From contig CAXXDV010000001.1 in the NCBI GenBank assembly GCA_963674745.2, positions 1,888,001 through 1,952,000 of the forward strand: a DNA stretch of 64,000 nt, in the 5' to 3' direction. This document shows positions 20,698-30,991 of this stretch, piece by piece. The notes below the pieces were generated by a model, which ran no database searches, was not told the DNA's origin, and worked only from the letters and a program-made list of their open reading frames with translations. Position 1 is the stretch's first letter. Every line of letters begins with the position of its first letter. A program made the translations under genes and the position numbers. The stretch is from Desulfosudaceae bacterium (GTDB lineage Bacteria > Desulfobacterota > Desulfobacteria > Desulfobacterales > Desulfosudaceae).

Positions 20698-21924
20698 ATG
20701 AATGAATTCTCGTTAAGAGAGAATATTATCATCAGCTACAGGACCTATTTCCATCTTTTCAAACGGACTTTTTTTGCATGTCGGAAAACCCAGGCCAGAT
20801 TAACTTTTCGGCGTTTTTTGACCATGATGTTTTTTTCCCCGGCCCTGCTGGCGCTGCAGACCGTCCACTGGCTCTTCTATATTGCGGACGATTTGTTTTT
20901 CCCCGGCTATCGAACTGTAGATATTGAACAACCGCTGTTTGTGGTCGGCGTACCCCGCAGCGGAACGACATTTCTTCACCGTTTTCTGTCACAGGACAAG
21001 GAACGGTTTATCACCTTTTCCATGTGGGAATTGATTTTTGCGCCTACCATAACACAACGCCGACTGATTCTTTTTTTTTCTGCTATGGACCGGCTGGCCG
21101 GGGAGCCGCTGGGGCGCATGCTTAAAGGACTTGAGCGGCTTATTTTCGGCAGTCTGGATGATATCCACAAGATTTCACTGTCTGAACCGGAAGAAGATTA
21201 CTTCGCACTGGCGCCGATTTATGCCTGCTTCCTGATGATTCTTCCCTTTCCTTTTCCGGAAGAACTGGGACATCTGGCCTATTTTGATGACCAGACACCG
21301 GAATCAGACAAAGCGCGTATTTTTGCTTTTTACAAGACCTGCCTGCAGCGACATCTGTACGTTTGGGGCACGGATAAAATTCTGCTGTCCAAAAATGTTT
21401 CGTTTTCGCCGATGATAGAAACACTTAACCGGTTTTTCCCGGAATGCAAAATCATCGGTACTGTTCGGGATCCTCTGCTGGCCGTACCTTCCCATATCAG
21501 TTCGATGATGGCGGGGGCCGCGATTTTTGACAATGACATACAGGGGGAAACGTTTCGGGACCAGATGATGGAAATACAGGCTTATGCCTTTTCGCGAGTG
21601 GGAAAATTTCTGCCCGGTTTACCCGAAAGCAGACAGGTCACCGTAAAAATGGAAGACTTAAAGGCCGAACTGTATCCAACCATCCGAAACATTTATGACC
21701 GGCTGGATTACAAAATGTCCCCTGATTTTGAGTTCTATCTGAGATGCCAGGACCGTGAACAGAAACGATATCAAAGTCGTCATAACTATGACCTGACATC
21801 GTTTAATCTTTCAGCGGAGGTTATTTACCGGAAATTCGCAGATGTTTATCGACGTTACGGTTATCCAAAAGCCGCTGCGACCGGTTCGGAAAATATTCAG
21901 GGAGCTCCAGTTGCAGAAAACTGA
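20698..21924 (+). CDS. PAPS-dependent sulfotransferase family protein
   Basis: 5'-PSB loop VGVPRSGTTFLH and 3'-PB RDPLLAVPS; N-terminal hydrophobic segment. Confidence 0.85.
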   Translation: MNEFSLRENIIISYRTYFHLFKRTFFACRKTQARLTFRRFLTMMFFSPALLALQTVHWLFYIADDLFFPGYRTVDIEQPLFVVGVPRSGTTFLHRFLSQDKERFITFSMWELIFAPTITQRRLILFFSAMDRLAGEPLGRMLKGLERLIFGSLDDIHKISLSEPEEDYFALAPIYACFLMILPFPFPEELGHLAYFDDQTPESDKARIFAFYKTCLQRHLYVWGTDKILLSKNVSFSPMIETLNRFFPECKIIGTVRDPLLAVPSHISSMMAGAAIFDNDIQGETFRDQMMEIQAYAFSRVGKFLPGLPESRQVTVKMEDLKAELYPTIRNIYDRLDYKMSPDFEFYLRCQDREQKRYQSRHNYDLTSFNLSAEVIYRKFADVYRRYGYPKAAATGSENIQGAPVAEN

Positions 21925-22663
21925 TATTTCAAACACCCGGAAACTTTCAGCGATTGTTTCCATACATGATGTCATGCCCCGGACGCTGACCAGGGTGCTT
22001 GAGTTGGTGTCGTTTCTCGAAGAACGGGGCATCAACCGCTTTTCTCTGCTGGTTGTGCCGGGAAAAACATGGTCGCCCCGGAAAATTGAAGTATTGAATA
22101 CACTGCACAACCAGGGAAAAGAAATTGTGGGTCATGGTTGGCGTCACCGGGTTTATCGCGTGAACAACCTTCGGCACCGGCTGCACGGAAAAATAATCTC
22201 CAGGGATGAGGCTGAACATTTATCTCTATCAGAGAGGGAGATCTCCGGTATCATCAACCGTTGTTTCAAATGGTTTGGGGGCGTCAGTATAACTGCCCCC
22301 CGTGTATATGTTCCACCAGCCTGGGCCATGGGTGACATTTCCAGAAAAACCCTGCGGGCATTGCCGTTTGAACTATATGAAACCCAGTGCGGCCTCTATC
22401 ACGCAAGAACCTTACGGTTCGTTCCGATGCCGGTCATCGGATACATGGCGGATACCCCGACCCGGGTACGGTTAATTAAATGGACCAACACGGTGAACCT
22501 GCGAATCCCGCTGTCGCCGACCCGGATCGCCATCCATCCAGACGATCTGTATTTGCCCCTGGTGAATGATCTTGAGACGCACTTGGGCTTTTTCAGGAAA
22601 TTTATAACCTACAATGATTTATTTGAACGGGCGCCAGACGGGGACCCGGCCGCCAATCAATGA
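21911..22663 (+). CDS. Polysaccharide deacetylase-like protein (DUF2334 type)
   Basis: SIHDV, GHGWRH, VPPAW, IAIHP; TTG start after GGAG at 21901 preferred over 21842. Confidence 0.75.
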   Translation: MQKTDISNTRKLSAIVSIHDVMPRTLTRVLELVSFLEERGINRFSLLVVPGKTWSPRKIEVLNTLHNQGKEIVGHGWRHRVYRVNNLRHRLHGKIISRDEAEHLSLSEREISGIINRCFKWFGGVSITAPRVYVPPAWAMGDISRKTLRALPFELYETQCGLYHARTLRFVPMPVIGYMADTPTRVRLIKWTNTVNLRIPLSPTRIAIHPDDLYLPLVNDLETHLGFFRKFITYNDLFERAPDGDPAANQ

Positions 22664-22676
22664 AAGGTAGGGACCA

Positions 22677-25130
22677 GTGATTACCAAGGAAGAAAACCAG
22701 AAACAAAATCAAGGGCTTTTCAGGGAAAAGGCATCAACATTTTTTAAGGTGGATATGCATGTTCACTCCTGTTATTCACAACGTCCTTCATCATGGATTC
22801 TGAAGCAAATCGGCTGCGCCGAAAGCTATACCGAGCCTCTTTATCTATATCAAACACTAAGACAACGCGGTATGGACGGCGTGACCATTACCGATCACAA
22901 TACCATTGAGGGATGCCTGGAAATCGCCCACCTTGAAAATGTATTTATCAGCGAGGAAGTGACTACATATTTTCCGGACAACTGCAAGGTTCACGTACTG
23001 GTTTATGACATCTCCGAAAGTCAGCATGCCGAAATCGCGCGGCTTAGAAAAAACATATTTGAACTGGTCGCATATCTGAACGGGGAAGACATTATTCATG
23101 GGGTAGCGCATCCCATGTTCAGCGTCAACGGTCGGTTACAGATGGCGCATATTGATCAGCTTTTACTGCTGTTTAAGATCTTTGAGCTGAATGGTGCCAG
23201 AAGCAGCCAGCAGAACGCGGTCATTAGCCGGATAGCCGGTATGTTGACCAAAGAAAGAATCAACATTCTGGCCGACAAATATCATCTGACGCCTCGGGGC
23301 AAGCGCCCCTGGGAGAAAATCCTTATCAGCGGGTCCGATGACCATTCTTCTTTGTATATGGGAATGTCATATACACAAAGCCGGCAGGCAGATTCGACGG
23401 AAACCTTTCTGGATAACGTCCGTTTCGGCCGGGTTGACTTGCAAACCCATGATGCTCGCCCGGAAACACTGGCTCAGAATATCTACAGCATTATGTACCA
23501 GTTTTACAATAAAAGATTCCAAATTAATCGCTGGATAGATGACAAAGCCCTGACGTCTTTTCTCAACAACTGCCTTTGTACGCAAAGTGATGAACAGGAG
23601 TCCGAAACAGCGTCAGCAACATTTGAAACAAATGGAAATCTGGGCCGTTTTACAGGAGGCACAATTCCTCAACGGTTTCTAACTAATGCCAGAAACATTA
23701 TATTTTCCGACCCCGAACTGCGGAATATTGTCTCCCAGTGGCCTTCTGAAAAAATAAAAGATGGTGCCTGGTGGCGGTTCGTAAACCGGCTTTCCGGGAT
23801 TATCATGCATGAGTTTGCCGATGAAATCCTGAATAGAATAAGTGATGCCGATATCCTTTACCTGTTCTCCGCAATCAGTTCCTCCGCATCCCTGTATATG
23901 ATGTTATCTCCGTATTTCATCTCTTATTCCCTGTTTGCCAGAGACCGCGCTTTCGGTCAGGACTGCCTGAAAAGACATGACGGGCAAACATCCGAGCTCA
24001 AGATCGGTACACACCGTGTGGCCATGTTTACCGACACCTTCAATGAAATCAATGGTGTTGCCGTGGCCATTCAGTCCCTGGTTGAAGGTGCCCGTTTGAC
24101 AGGCAAAGACCTGACGCTGATCACCTGCGATTCAGGGCAAAAACAACCTCCAGGCGTCAGGACTTTCGAGCCCATCGGCAAGTATGATCTGCCCGAGTAC
24201 CCTGAGCTGAAAGTTTATTATCCGCCTTTTCTGGAAATATTATCTTACTGTTATCATCAGGGATTCACTCGAATCCATGCAGAAACGCCGGGGGCCATGG
24301 GCTTGACGGCCATGGCGGTTGCACATTTATTGAATCTTCCCTTTTACGGAACATACCACACGGCTTTGCCGCAGACGGTTATGGCTTTGACCGGCGATTC
24401 TAAAATTGAGGATCTTTTCTGGAAGTATGTCCTCTGGTTCTATGGGCGCATGGAAAAAATATTTGTTCCTTCGGCCATGACAGCCAAAGAATTGATCGAC
24501 AAAGGAATTCCCGCGGAAAAAATTATTGTTCATCAATGGGGGGTGGATACAACTTTTTTTCACCCGGATAAACGAAACGGTTTTTACGCCAGCCGGTATC
24601 AAATAAATGACGCCACAATTAAACTGCTTTATGTGGGCCGTGTTTCCCCTGAAAAGAACCTTGCGGTTTTTGTGCCTGTTATGCGGAAAATTCTTCAAGT
24701 CAGAAGTGATGTCTGCCTGGTGGTGGTGGGCGATGGGCCCTACCTTCAGGAAATGAAGCAATCCACGAAGGGCATGCCGGTGATTTTCACCGGTTATCTG
24801 TCGGGGGAAATGCTGACCCAGGCATATGCATCAAGTGATCTGTTTGTTTTTCCTTCCACTGTAGACACAATGGGCAACGTGGTTGTCGAAGCACAATCAG
24901 CCGGTGTTCCGGTTATTGTCACCGACAAGGGCGGGCCTTGTGAAAACATGATCGATGGAAAAACAGGACTGGTGGTAAGCGCTAATGAGGATTTGCCGGA
25001 CCGCTTTGCAGCGGCCATCATGGAATTGTGTGATGATCCGGCCTTAAGAAAAACAATGCAGCATAATGCACGCGAATATGCCATGCAGCGCTCCATCCAA
25101 AAGACATTCCTCTCTTTCTGGGGCCACTAA
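22677..25130 (+). CDS. PHP + GT4 glycosyltransferase fusion (copy 2, paralog)
   Basis: DMHVHS, TITDHN, SGSDDH; EINGVA, TYHT, YVGRVSPEKN, DTMGNVVVEAQSAG. Confidence 0.9.
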   Translation: MITKEENQKQNQGLFREKASTFFKVDMHVHSCYSQRPSSWILKQIGCAESYTEPLYLYQTLRQRGMDGVTITDHNTIEGCLEIAHLENVFISEEVTTYFPDNCKVHVLVYDISESQHAEIARLRKNIFELVAYLNGEDIIHGVAHPMFSVNGRLQMAHIDQLLLLFKIFELNGARSSQQNAVISRIAGMLTKERINILADKYHLTPRGKRPWEKILISGSDDHSSLYMGMSYTQSRQADSTETFLDNVRFGRVDLQTHDARPETLAQNIYSIMYQFYNKRFQINRWIDDKALTSFLNNCLCTQSDEQESETASATFETNGNLGRFTGGTIPQRFLTNARNIIFSDPELRNIVSQWPSEKIKDGAWWRFVNRLSGIIMHEFADEILNRISDADILYLFSAISSSASLYMMLSPYFISYSLFARDRAFGQDCLKRHDGQTSELKIGTHRVAMFTDTFNEINGVAVAIQSLVEGARLTGKDLTLITCDSGQKQPPGVRTFEPIGKYDLPEYPELKVYYPPFLEILSYCYHQGFTRIHAETPGAMGLTAMAVAHLLNLPFYGTYHTALPQTVMALTGDSKIEDLFWKYVLWFYGRMEKIFVPSAMTAKELIDKGIPAEKIIVHQWGVDTTFFHPDKRNGFYASRYQINDATIKLLYVGRVSPEKNLAVFVPVMRKILQVRSDVCLVVVGDGPYLQEMKQSTKGMPVIFTGYLSGEMLTQAYASSDLFVFPSTVDTMGNVVVEAQSAGVPVIVTDKGGPCENMIDGKTGLVVSANEDLPDRFAAAIMELCDDPALRKTMQHNAREYAMQRSIQKTFLSFWGH

Positions 25131-25582
25131 CCTCCCCAGATCCAACCGAATTGAAATCCGGCCAATGTAACTAACAACGACCATAAAAATGCACTGAAAA
25201 CATTCAAGAGAAAAAAACGAACGGGCTTTATTCCGGCCGCCCCGATGATAATCGGTGTTACGGCACGAAAGCCATAGACGAATCGGAAACACAAAATGAC
25301 AAGTGTCTGATGTTTTTGAAATATTGAAAAAACTTTTACCGCTTTTTTTTCAAATGACGGGCTGCGTTTCAACAGGCTGATACCGTATGTTTTGCCCGCA
25401 AAAAAGAAAATCTGATCGCCGCAGACGCTTCCGATCAAGGCTGAAATGATTACCCCGGGCAATGATAAATATCCGGCGCCGGCAAGAATCGCTGCGGAAG
25501 TCAAAATCACTTCTCCTTCGAAAATGGTCCCGATGGCAATGGCAATGTAGCCATAACTGTTAATCAGCTCTGCCGTAGACAA
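25127..25582 (-). CDS. DedA family membrane protein
   Basis: YGY..GTIFEGE, GDQIFF, RFVYGFR; TTG start after GAGG; short C-terminus overlaps the GT stop by 4 nt. Confidence 0.85.
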   Translation of the reverse strand: MSTAELINSYGYIAIAIGTIFEGEVILTSAAILAGAGYLSLPGVIISALIGSVCGDQIFFFAGKTYGISLLKRSPSFEKKAVKVFSIFQKHQTLVILCFRFVYGFRAVTPIIIGAAGIKPVRFFLLNVFSAFLWSLLVTLAGFQFGWIWGG

Positions 25583-25778
25583 GCGAACCTCAACTGTTTT
25601 GGTTTGAAGGTAAAAACAATAATCCTGTAAAATCATCCGTTTTGTTTGTTTGTCTGATATTTGCAGTTTGTCAGGAACACGTTATTTTTGAAGAAAATTT
25701 TGAGCGGTCAGTATGTCTCTGAGGCAACGTCTATGCTGTATCCAGGGGAATGTATTCGTTTATGAAACACAACTAATC

Positions 25779-25849
25779 CTAACATAAGTCTAACAAAACC
25801 CATCGTTGTCTTAACCAAAAAATAATCTTTTGGTCAAAATATCCTAACA
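25779..25849 (+). promoter_or_regulatory. Pho-box-like direct repeats upstream of the surface protein/TonB operon
   Basis: CTAACA 25779 and 25790 (11-bp period); TTAACC 25811, ATAATC 25822, CTAACA 25844. Confidence 0.55.
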
Positions 25850-25963
25850 AGCCTCCAGTAATTTTTTCCCATAATTTTGAAGGACGGAAAATAATTTTCG
25901 TTCCAGCAAATTGATAATAATGAAAGCAAACTTTACCAGAATGAAAGGGAGGAAAGGAAAATC

Positions 25964-28129
25964 ATGAAAAAAACCCCTAACTTTTTAACAGTTCTTCGTT
26001 ATGCGAGCCTTTTGGCAATGGTCACGCTCGGACTGTTGGCGATCATCGCTTCCGGCGGTGGCGGCGGTGGCGGCAGCAGCAGTGAAAATAACAACAACAA
26101 TGGTAACGGCGATACCACGTCGACCCTGGCCGGTGATATCACCACCGACAAGACGCTGACAGCCGACACGGTATGGTATCTTGACGGCCTGGTGGCTGTC
26201 AAAAACGGCGCTGTCCTGACCATTCAAGCCGGCACAACGATTGTTGGTAAAAGCGGTACCGGCGCCAACACCAGTTACCTTGTCATCGACAAGGGATCGC
26301 AGATCATCGCAAACGGTACAGCCGCCAAACCCATTATTTTTACCTCGGAAACCGCTTATAACGGCGGCGCCGAAGCTCCCGGCCAGTGGGGCGGCCTGAC
26401 AATCATCGGCAATGCGGCTGATGTGGGCGTTGTCGCCGGCAACGAACAGGTTGGTCCTTACGAGTGCAATGCTGAATTTGTGCCCGGCAGTACCGACGCC
26501 AACGACAACTCCGGTACGCTGCGTTATGTGCAGATACTGAACTCCGGTATCACCATGGAACAGGACAAGGAAATCAACGGCCTTTCAATGGTCGGCGTTG
26601 GCCGCGGCACCACGGTTGAAAACGTAAGTGTCATCCGCAGCGATGACGACTGTATCGAACTCTGGGGCGGGACGGTGGACCTGACCGATTGTTATGTCGA
26701 GTACTGTACGGACGACCAGTTTGACATTGATGACGGGTACTCCGGAACGGTCACCAACCTGACCATCAATCAACACACCGACGGCAATGCCGGAATTGAA
26801 ATGTCCGGCTCAACTGCAGCCACTTTTATCGGTTTAACCCTCACACAGAACTACTCTGATAAAGAAGGTGCCATTTTCTTTAAGAAGGACGGTATCGGCG
26901 GTAACTTCATCGATTGTCAGATCACCGACAATGTTGACGACGGCCTGACGATCTTCTCACAGGGCGATGCGGACGAGGACAATATCTCCTTTACCAATGT
27001 GGCCATTACCAGCCCGGACACCATGACCAACTTCACCGATGACCCGGATGACGGCGGCAGCTCCGCGGATATTGAAGCCATTTTTGATGCCGGTGTCGGC
27101 AATACCGAAACCAGCAACCGCGCCATGCAGACCCTGGCCGGCGATATCACCACCGACATGACACTGACGTCCGACACGGTCTGGATGCTGGACGGCCTGG
27201 TGGCCGTGAAAAACGGTGCCGTGCTGACCATTCAACCCGGAACGACGATCATCGGCAAAAGCGGCACCGGCGCCAACACCAGTTACCTGGTTGTTGACAA
27301 GGATGCCCAGATTATGGCCAATGGTACCGCCGCCAAACCCATCATCTTCACCTCCGAGATCGCTTACAACGGCGGCGCCGCAGCACCCGGCCAGTGGGGT
27401 GGATTGACGATTATCGGCAACGCGGCTGATGTGGGTGTTGCCCCGGGCAACGAGCAGGTCGGTCCCTACGAATGTAATGCCGAGTTTGTGCCCGGCAATA
27501 CCGATGCCAACGACAATTCGGGTACGCTTCGTTATGTTCAGATTCTGAATTCCGGTATCACCATGGAGCAGGACAAGGAGATCAACGGCCTGTCCATGGT
27601 CGGTGTCGGCAGGGGCACAACAGTCGATCACGTTTCCGTCATCCGCAGCGATGACGACTGTATTGAACTCTGGGGCGGGACGGTGGACCTGACCGATTGT
27701 TATGTCGAGTACTGTACGGACGACCAGTTTGACATTGACGACGGGTACTCCGGAACGGTCACCAACCTGACCATCAACCAGCATACCGACGGTAATGCCG
27801 GTATCGAGATGTCCGGTACCACTGCGGCGACTTTCAACGGGTTAACGCTCACCCAGAATTATTCCGATAAGGAAGGGGCCATCTTCTTCAAGAAGGACGG
27901 TATCGGCGGTAACTTCAACAATTGTCAGATCATCGATAATGTCGATGACGGCCAGACAATTTTCTCCCAGGGCGATGCCGATGAGGCCAACATTTCCTTT
28001 ACCAATGTGGCCATCACCAGCCCGGACACGGATACGAACTTTGTCGATGACCCGGATGACGGCGGCAGCGCGGCAGATATCGAGGCTGCATTTGACGCCG
28101 GCGCCGGCAACACTGAAACTGAAAACTAA
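25964..28129 (+). CDS. Exported acidic protein with two tandem ~336-aa beta-helix-like domains
   Basis: Signal-like N-terminus ending IIASGGGGGGG; repeated GDITTD..TL, PGQWGGLTIIGNA, NDNSGTLRYV, DDDCIELWGG, DDQFDIDDGY. Confidence 0.85.
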   Translation: MKKTPNFLTVLRYASLLAMVTLGLLAIIASGGGGGGGSSSENNNNNGNGDTTSTLAGDITTDKTLTADTVWYLDGLVAVKNGAVLTIQAGTTIVGKSGTGANTSYLVIDKGSQIIANGTAAKPIIFTSETAYNGGAEAPGQWGGLTIIGNAADVGVVAGNEQVGPYECNAEFVPGSTDANDNSGTLRYVQILNSGITMEQDKEINGLSMVGVGRGTTVENVSVIRSDDDCIELWGGTVDLTDCYVEYCTDDQFDIDDGYSGTVTNLTINQHTDGNAGIEMSGSTAATFIGLTLTQNYSDKEGAIFFKKDGIGGNFIDCQITDNVDDGLTIFSQGDADEDNISFTNVAITSPDTMTNFTDDPDDGGSSADIEAIFDAGVGNTETSNRAMQTLAGDITTDMTLTSDTVWMLDGLVAVKNGAVLTIQPGTTIIGKSGTGANTSYLVVDKDAQIMANGTAAKPIIFTSEIAYNGGAAAPGQWGGLTIIGNAADVGVAPGNEQVGPYECNAEFVPGNTDANDNSGTLRYVQILNSGITMEQDKEINGLSMVGVGRGTTVDHVSVIRSDDDCIELWGGTVDLTDCYVEYCTDDQFDIDDGYSGTVTNLTINQHTDGNAGIEMSGTTAATFNGLTLTQNYSDKEGAIFFKKDGIGGNFNNCQIIDNVDDGQTIFSQGDADEANISFTNVAITSPDTDTNFVDDPDDGGSAADIEAAFDAGAGNTETEN
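26123..28118 (+). repeat. Intragenic tandem duplication, period 1008 bp
   Basis: ACCCTGGCCGGYGATATCACCACCGAC at 26123 and 27131; collinear throughout. Confidence 0.95.
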
Positions 28130-28175
28130 CCCGGTAATTACGGGTTCCATTAACACAGGCGAATCCAGAAGCGTT

Positions 28176-28211
28176 ATCAGCTGCCGGTGGCAGCAGCTAC
28201 CGGCAGCTGAT
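28176..28211 (+). other. Strong intergenic hairpin without U-tract (possible mRNA stabiliser or partial terminator)
   Basis: ATCAGCTGCCGGTGGC-AGCA-GCTACCGGCAGCTGAT. Confidence 0.55.
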
Positions 28212-28266
28212 CACCTTCTTACCAAGCATGTCTGACTTACAACAGCAGACTCATGAGGTGTACATT

Positions 28267-29037
28267 TTGAAAAAGCAAATAAGAACATTTATTGTGCTGA
28301 CCTTATCGTTGCTTCTATTTTCACCAATCGCTACCAGGGCAGATGATAAGGAAATGGTCGCGTCTATTATGAATTTAAGGGCCGATGTGGAAGCGCTTTA
28401 CACCAAGATAGACGAGAATAAGGAAAACTACAAAGCACAGATGAAGTCGCTGGCGTTGCAGGTTGCGGACAGCGAGGCGCAGATTAACAGGGTAGAGACC
28501 GCCATTAAGCTGGCGGACCTGGATCTCCAGAAAATCCAGATCAAAATTGCAAATACATCAACAGAGAACGTTGAATTAAGGCCGCTGTTAAAAAAAGCGT
28601 TCTACATGTTGGAAGAAAATATCCGGGAAGGAATCCCCTTTAAAATAAATGAAAGATTGTCCGCTCTTGACAAAATCAAAAAAGACTTGGCGCAAAACCT
28701 GATTACAGAAGAAAAAGCGTTGGCCTTACTCTGGGCGGGCTATGAAGATAATACCAGGCTGACCAGTGAAATCGGTCTGTTCAAACAGAAAATCGTACTC
28801 GGTGGTCAGGATGTGCTGGCCACCGTTGCAAAAATAGGATCTGTCATGCTCTATTTTTCGACTCCGGACAACAGGGTCGGATATGTGCTCAAGAATAAAA
28901 ACATTTACATCTATAAGACCATAGATGACAGGGATGAAAAGAAATTGATATTGACGCTTTTTGAAGCGCTGAAAAAACAGATTAGAACGGGATATTTTAC
29001 ACTTCCCAACGCACTCTTAACAGGGGGTAGCCGATGA
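28267..29037 (+). CDS. DUF3450-like periplasmic coiled-coil protein of a TonB2-type system
   Basis: Signal peptide, coiled coil, GIPFKINERL, position upstream of extended ExbB; TTG start after GAGGTG. Confidence 0.75.
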   Translation: MKKQIRTFIVLTLSLLLFSPIATRADDKEMVASIMNLRADVEALYTKIDENKENYKAQMKSLALQVADSEAQINRVETAIKLADLDLQKIQIKIANTSTENVELRPLLKKAFYMLEENIREGIPFKINERLSALDKIKKDLAQNLITEEKALALLWAGYEDNTRLTSEIGLFKQKIVLGGQDVLATVAKIGSVMLYFSTPDNRVGYVLKNKNIYIYKTIDDRDEKKLILTLFEALKKQIRTGYFTLPNALLTGGSR

Positions 29038-30368
29038 GAACAATAACCATTTTACTCCTGTCATTGACGATATTATTTTCCGGGCTGTCGGCAGTTTTTG
29101 CTGATGAGCTCTCTGACGCCTATATGAAGGAATACACCTTTTTAAAAGCGCAGAAAGATGAGCTTGCCAAAAGGCTGGAAAAAGAACAGGAACAGCAGAA
29201 CCTGGAGATTTCCAATGCCAAGAACAAGGTCACCCGTCTTCAGAACGAACAGGTGATGCTGTCAAAAACGCTCAAGGAAATGGAAAACAAAATAGAAAAA
29301 GCCCAGGAAACACTTCAGGACAAAACCAGCAATAAAGACATCATCAACAGTGTCATTACCCAGGCAAAAATTGGACTCGAAGATCACGGAATCAAACTGG
29401 ACGATACGGCAGTTTCAAAACTCGACGTGATGATGGAGGCCTTTATCAGTTCGACAAACCTCTATCACAAATTATCCTCGATGATTGTCGAAAAGGGTAA
29501 GTTCTACCTTATGGACGGAACGATCGCGGAAGGTGAAATTGTCAGAATCGGCAATATCGCCGCTTACGGTGTTTCCGCCAAATCCAGCGGCGCACTGCTG
29601 CCCGCCGGTAACGGAGAATACAAGATCTGGAACAAATCCGGCAGCGAGGATGATGCCCGGGCACTTTATGAAGGTAAAAAACCCGAGACACTGGACATTT
29701 TTGTGTATGAAAACCTCGATAAAGACATCGAGTACCAGAAGGAAAAAGCGCTAAAAGACGTCATTAAAAGCGGCGGCATTATCGGCGTTGTCATCATCAG
29801 CCTGGGGATTCTTGGGCTGTTACTGCTTCTGGCCAGGGTCTTTTTTCTGCTGAAGGCCGGCAGTAATGTGAAAAATATTACCGCACTCGTTTATGAAAAA
29901 ATTGAAAGCAGCGGTAAGGCCACAGAGGCGTACAAGGCGATTGAGGATTTTAAAGGCTCCACGGCCCGGGTGATCAGGGCGACCCTGAGAAACATTACCG
30001 GCGACAGAGAACATATCGAAGACATTATCACGGAAAATATCCTGAACGAAAACAGGGCGCTTGACCGTTTCGGCAGCTTTACCCTGGTGATCGCCGCCGT
30101 TGCCCCGCTGCTCGGTCTTCTGGGCACGGTTACGGGTATGATTCATACCTTTGATATAATAACCGTATTCGGTACCGGAGATCCCAAACTGTTAAGCAGC
30201 GGCATATCCGAAGCGCTGGTCACCACCATGCTGGGGCTGATTGTCGCCATTCCGTTGCTGCTGCTCGGCAACCTGTCCAACGGCTGGGCCGACAATATAA
30301 AAGACTCTATGGAACAGAGCGCCCTGCATGTCGTTAACCTGTTTGAAAAGAATACCGTGATAAAATGA
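29034..30368 (+). CDS. MotA/TolQ/ExbB family protein with N-terminal periplasmic extension (TtpC-like)
   Basis: APLLGLLGTVTGMI...GISEALVTTMLGL. Confidence 0.9.
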   Translation: MRTITILLLSLTILFSGLSAVFADELSDAYMKEYTFLKAQKDELAKRLEKEQEQQNLEISNAKNKVTRLQNEQVMLSKTLKEMENKIEKAQETLQDKTSNKDIINSVITQAKIGLEDHGIKLDDTAVSKLDVMMEAFISSTNLYHKLSSMIVEKGKFYLMDGTIAEGEIVRIGNIAAYGVSAKSSGALLPAGNGEYKIWNKSGSEDDARALYEGKKPETLDIFVYENLDKDIEYQKEKALKDVIKSGGIIGVVIISLGILGLLLLLARVFFLLKAGSNVKNITALVYEKIESSGKATEAYKAIEDFKGSTARVIRATLRNITGDREHIEDIITENILNENRALDRFGSFTLVIAAVAPLLGLLGTVTGMIHTFDIITVFGTGDPKLLSSGISEALVTTMLGLIVAIPLLLLGNLSNGWADNIKDSMEQSALHVVNLFEKNTVIK

Positions 30369-30991
30369 TTGAAAGCATAATGACATACCCGGAAACATTC
30401 GTTTCCATAATGAATGAAGGCGGCCTGGCCATGTGGGTCCTGTTTTGCTTAAACCTGATGCTGTGGTATGGCCTGGGGTACAGGCGGCTCATTATGAGAC
30501 GCAGGACAATGTTCAATGTTCGTGTTCTGGTTAGAGAACATGTCAAAGAAAAGGGGCATCACGAATGCCAGAGTATTCTGGATCATGCCATCGCGGACGC
30601 ACTCAAGGCTGCTTCCGAAGCCAGAGCCGTCGGTAAAAACCCCAGAAAATTTATCCACGACGCCCTGTGGCCCCATCTCCGGGAGATCAGAAAATATGCT
30701 GTCCTGGTCAAGACGATTGTGGTTCTTGCACCGCTTATCGGTTTACTGGGGACGGTAATCGGCATGATAGAGACGTTTGACGCCCTTCAAACCAGTGCCA
30801 TGTTTTCCCAGGGAGACAGTATTTCCGGGGGTATTTCCAAGGCTCTATTTACCACGGAGCTTGGTCTGATTGTCGCCGTTCCCGGTCTGATTGTCGGCCG
30901 GATCCTGGACCGTCAGGAAAACAGCTTCGCCCTGGAGTTTGAACAAATTAAGGACATTATCAGCACAAAGGAAACAACAAGTGAAATTTAG
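30365..30991 (+). CDS. exbB: ExbB/TolQ proton channel
   Basis: APLIGLLGTVIGMIETF, GISKALFTTELGL. Confidence 0.9.
   Translation: MIESIMTYPETFVSIMNEGGLAMWVLFCLNLMLWYGLGYRRLIMRRRTMFNVRVLVREHVKEKGHHECQSILDHAIADALKAASEARAVGKNPRKFIHDALWPHLREIRKYAVLVKTIVVLAPLIGLLGTVIGMIETFDALQTSAMFSQGDSISGGISKALFTTELGLIVAVPGLIVGRILDRQENSFALEFEQIKDIISTKETTSEI

Noticed and set aside
26123..28118. DGR template/variable repeat or CRISPR array
   Set aside because: Differences are not adenine-specific, no reverse transcriptase is present, and no repeat-spacer array was seen anywhere in the window.
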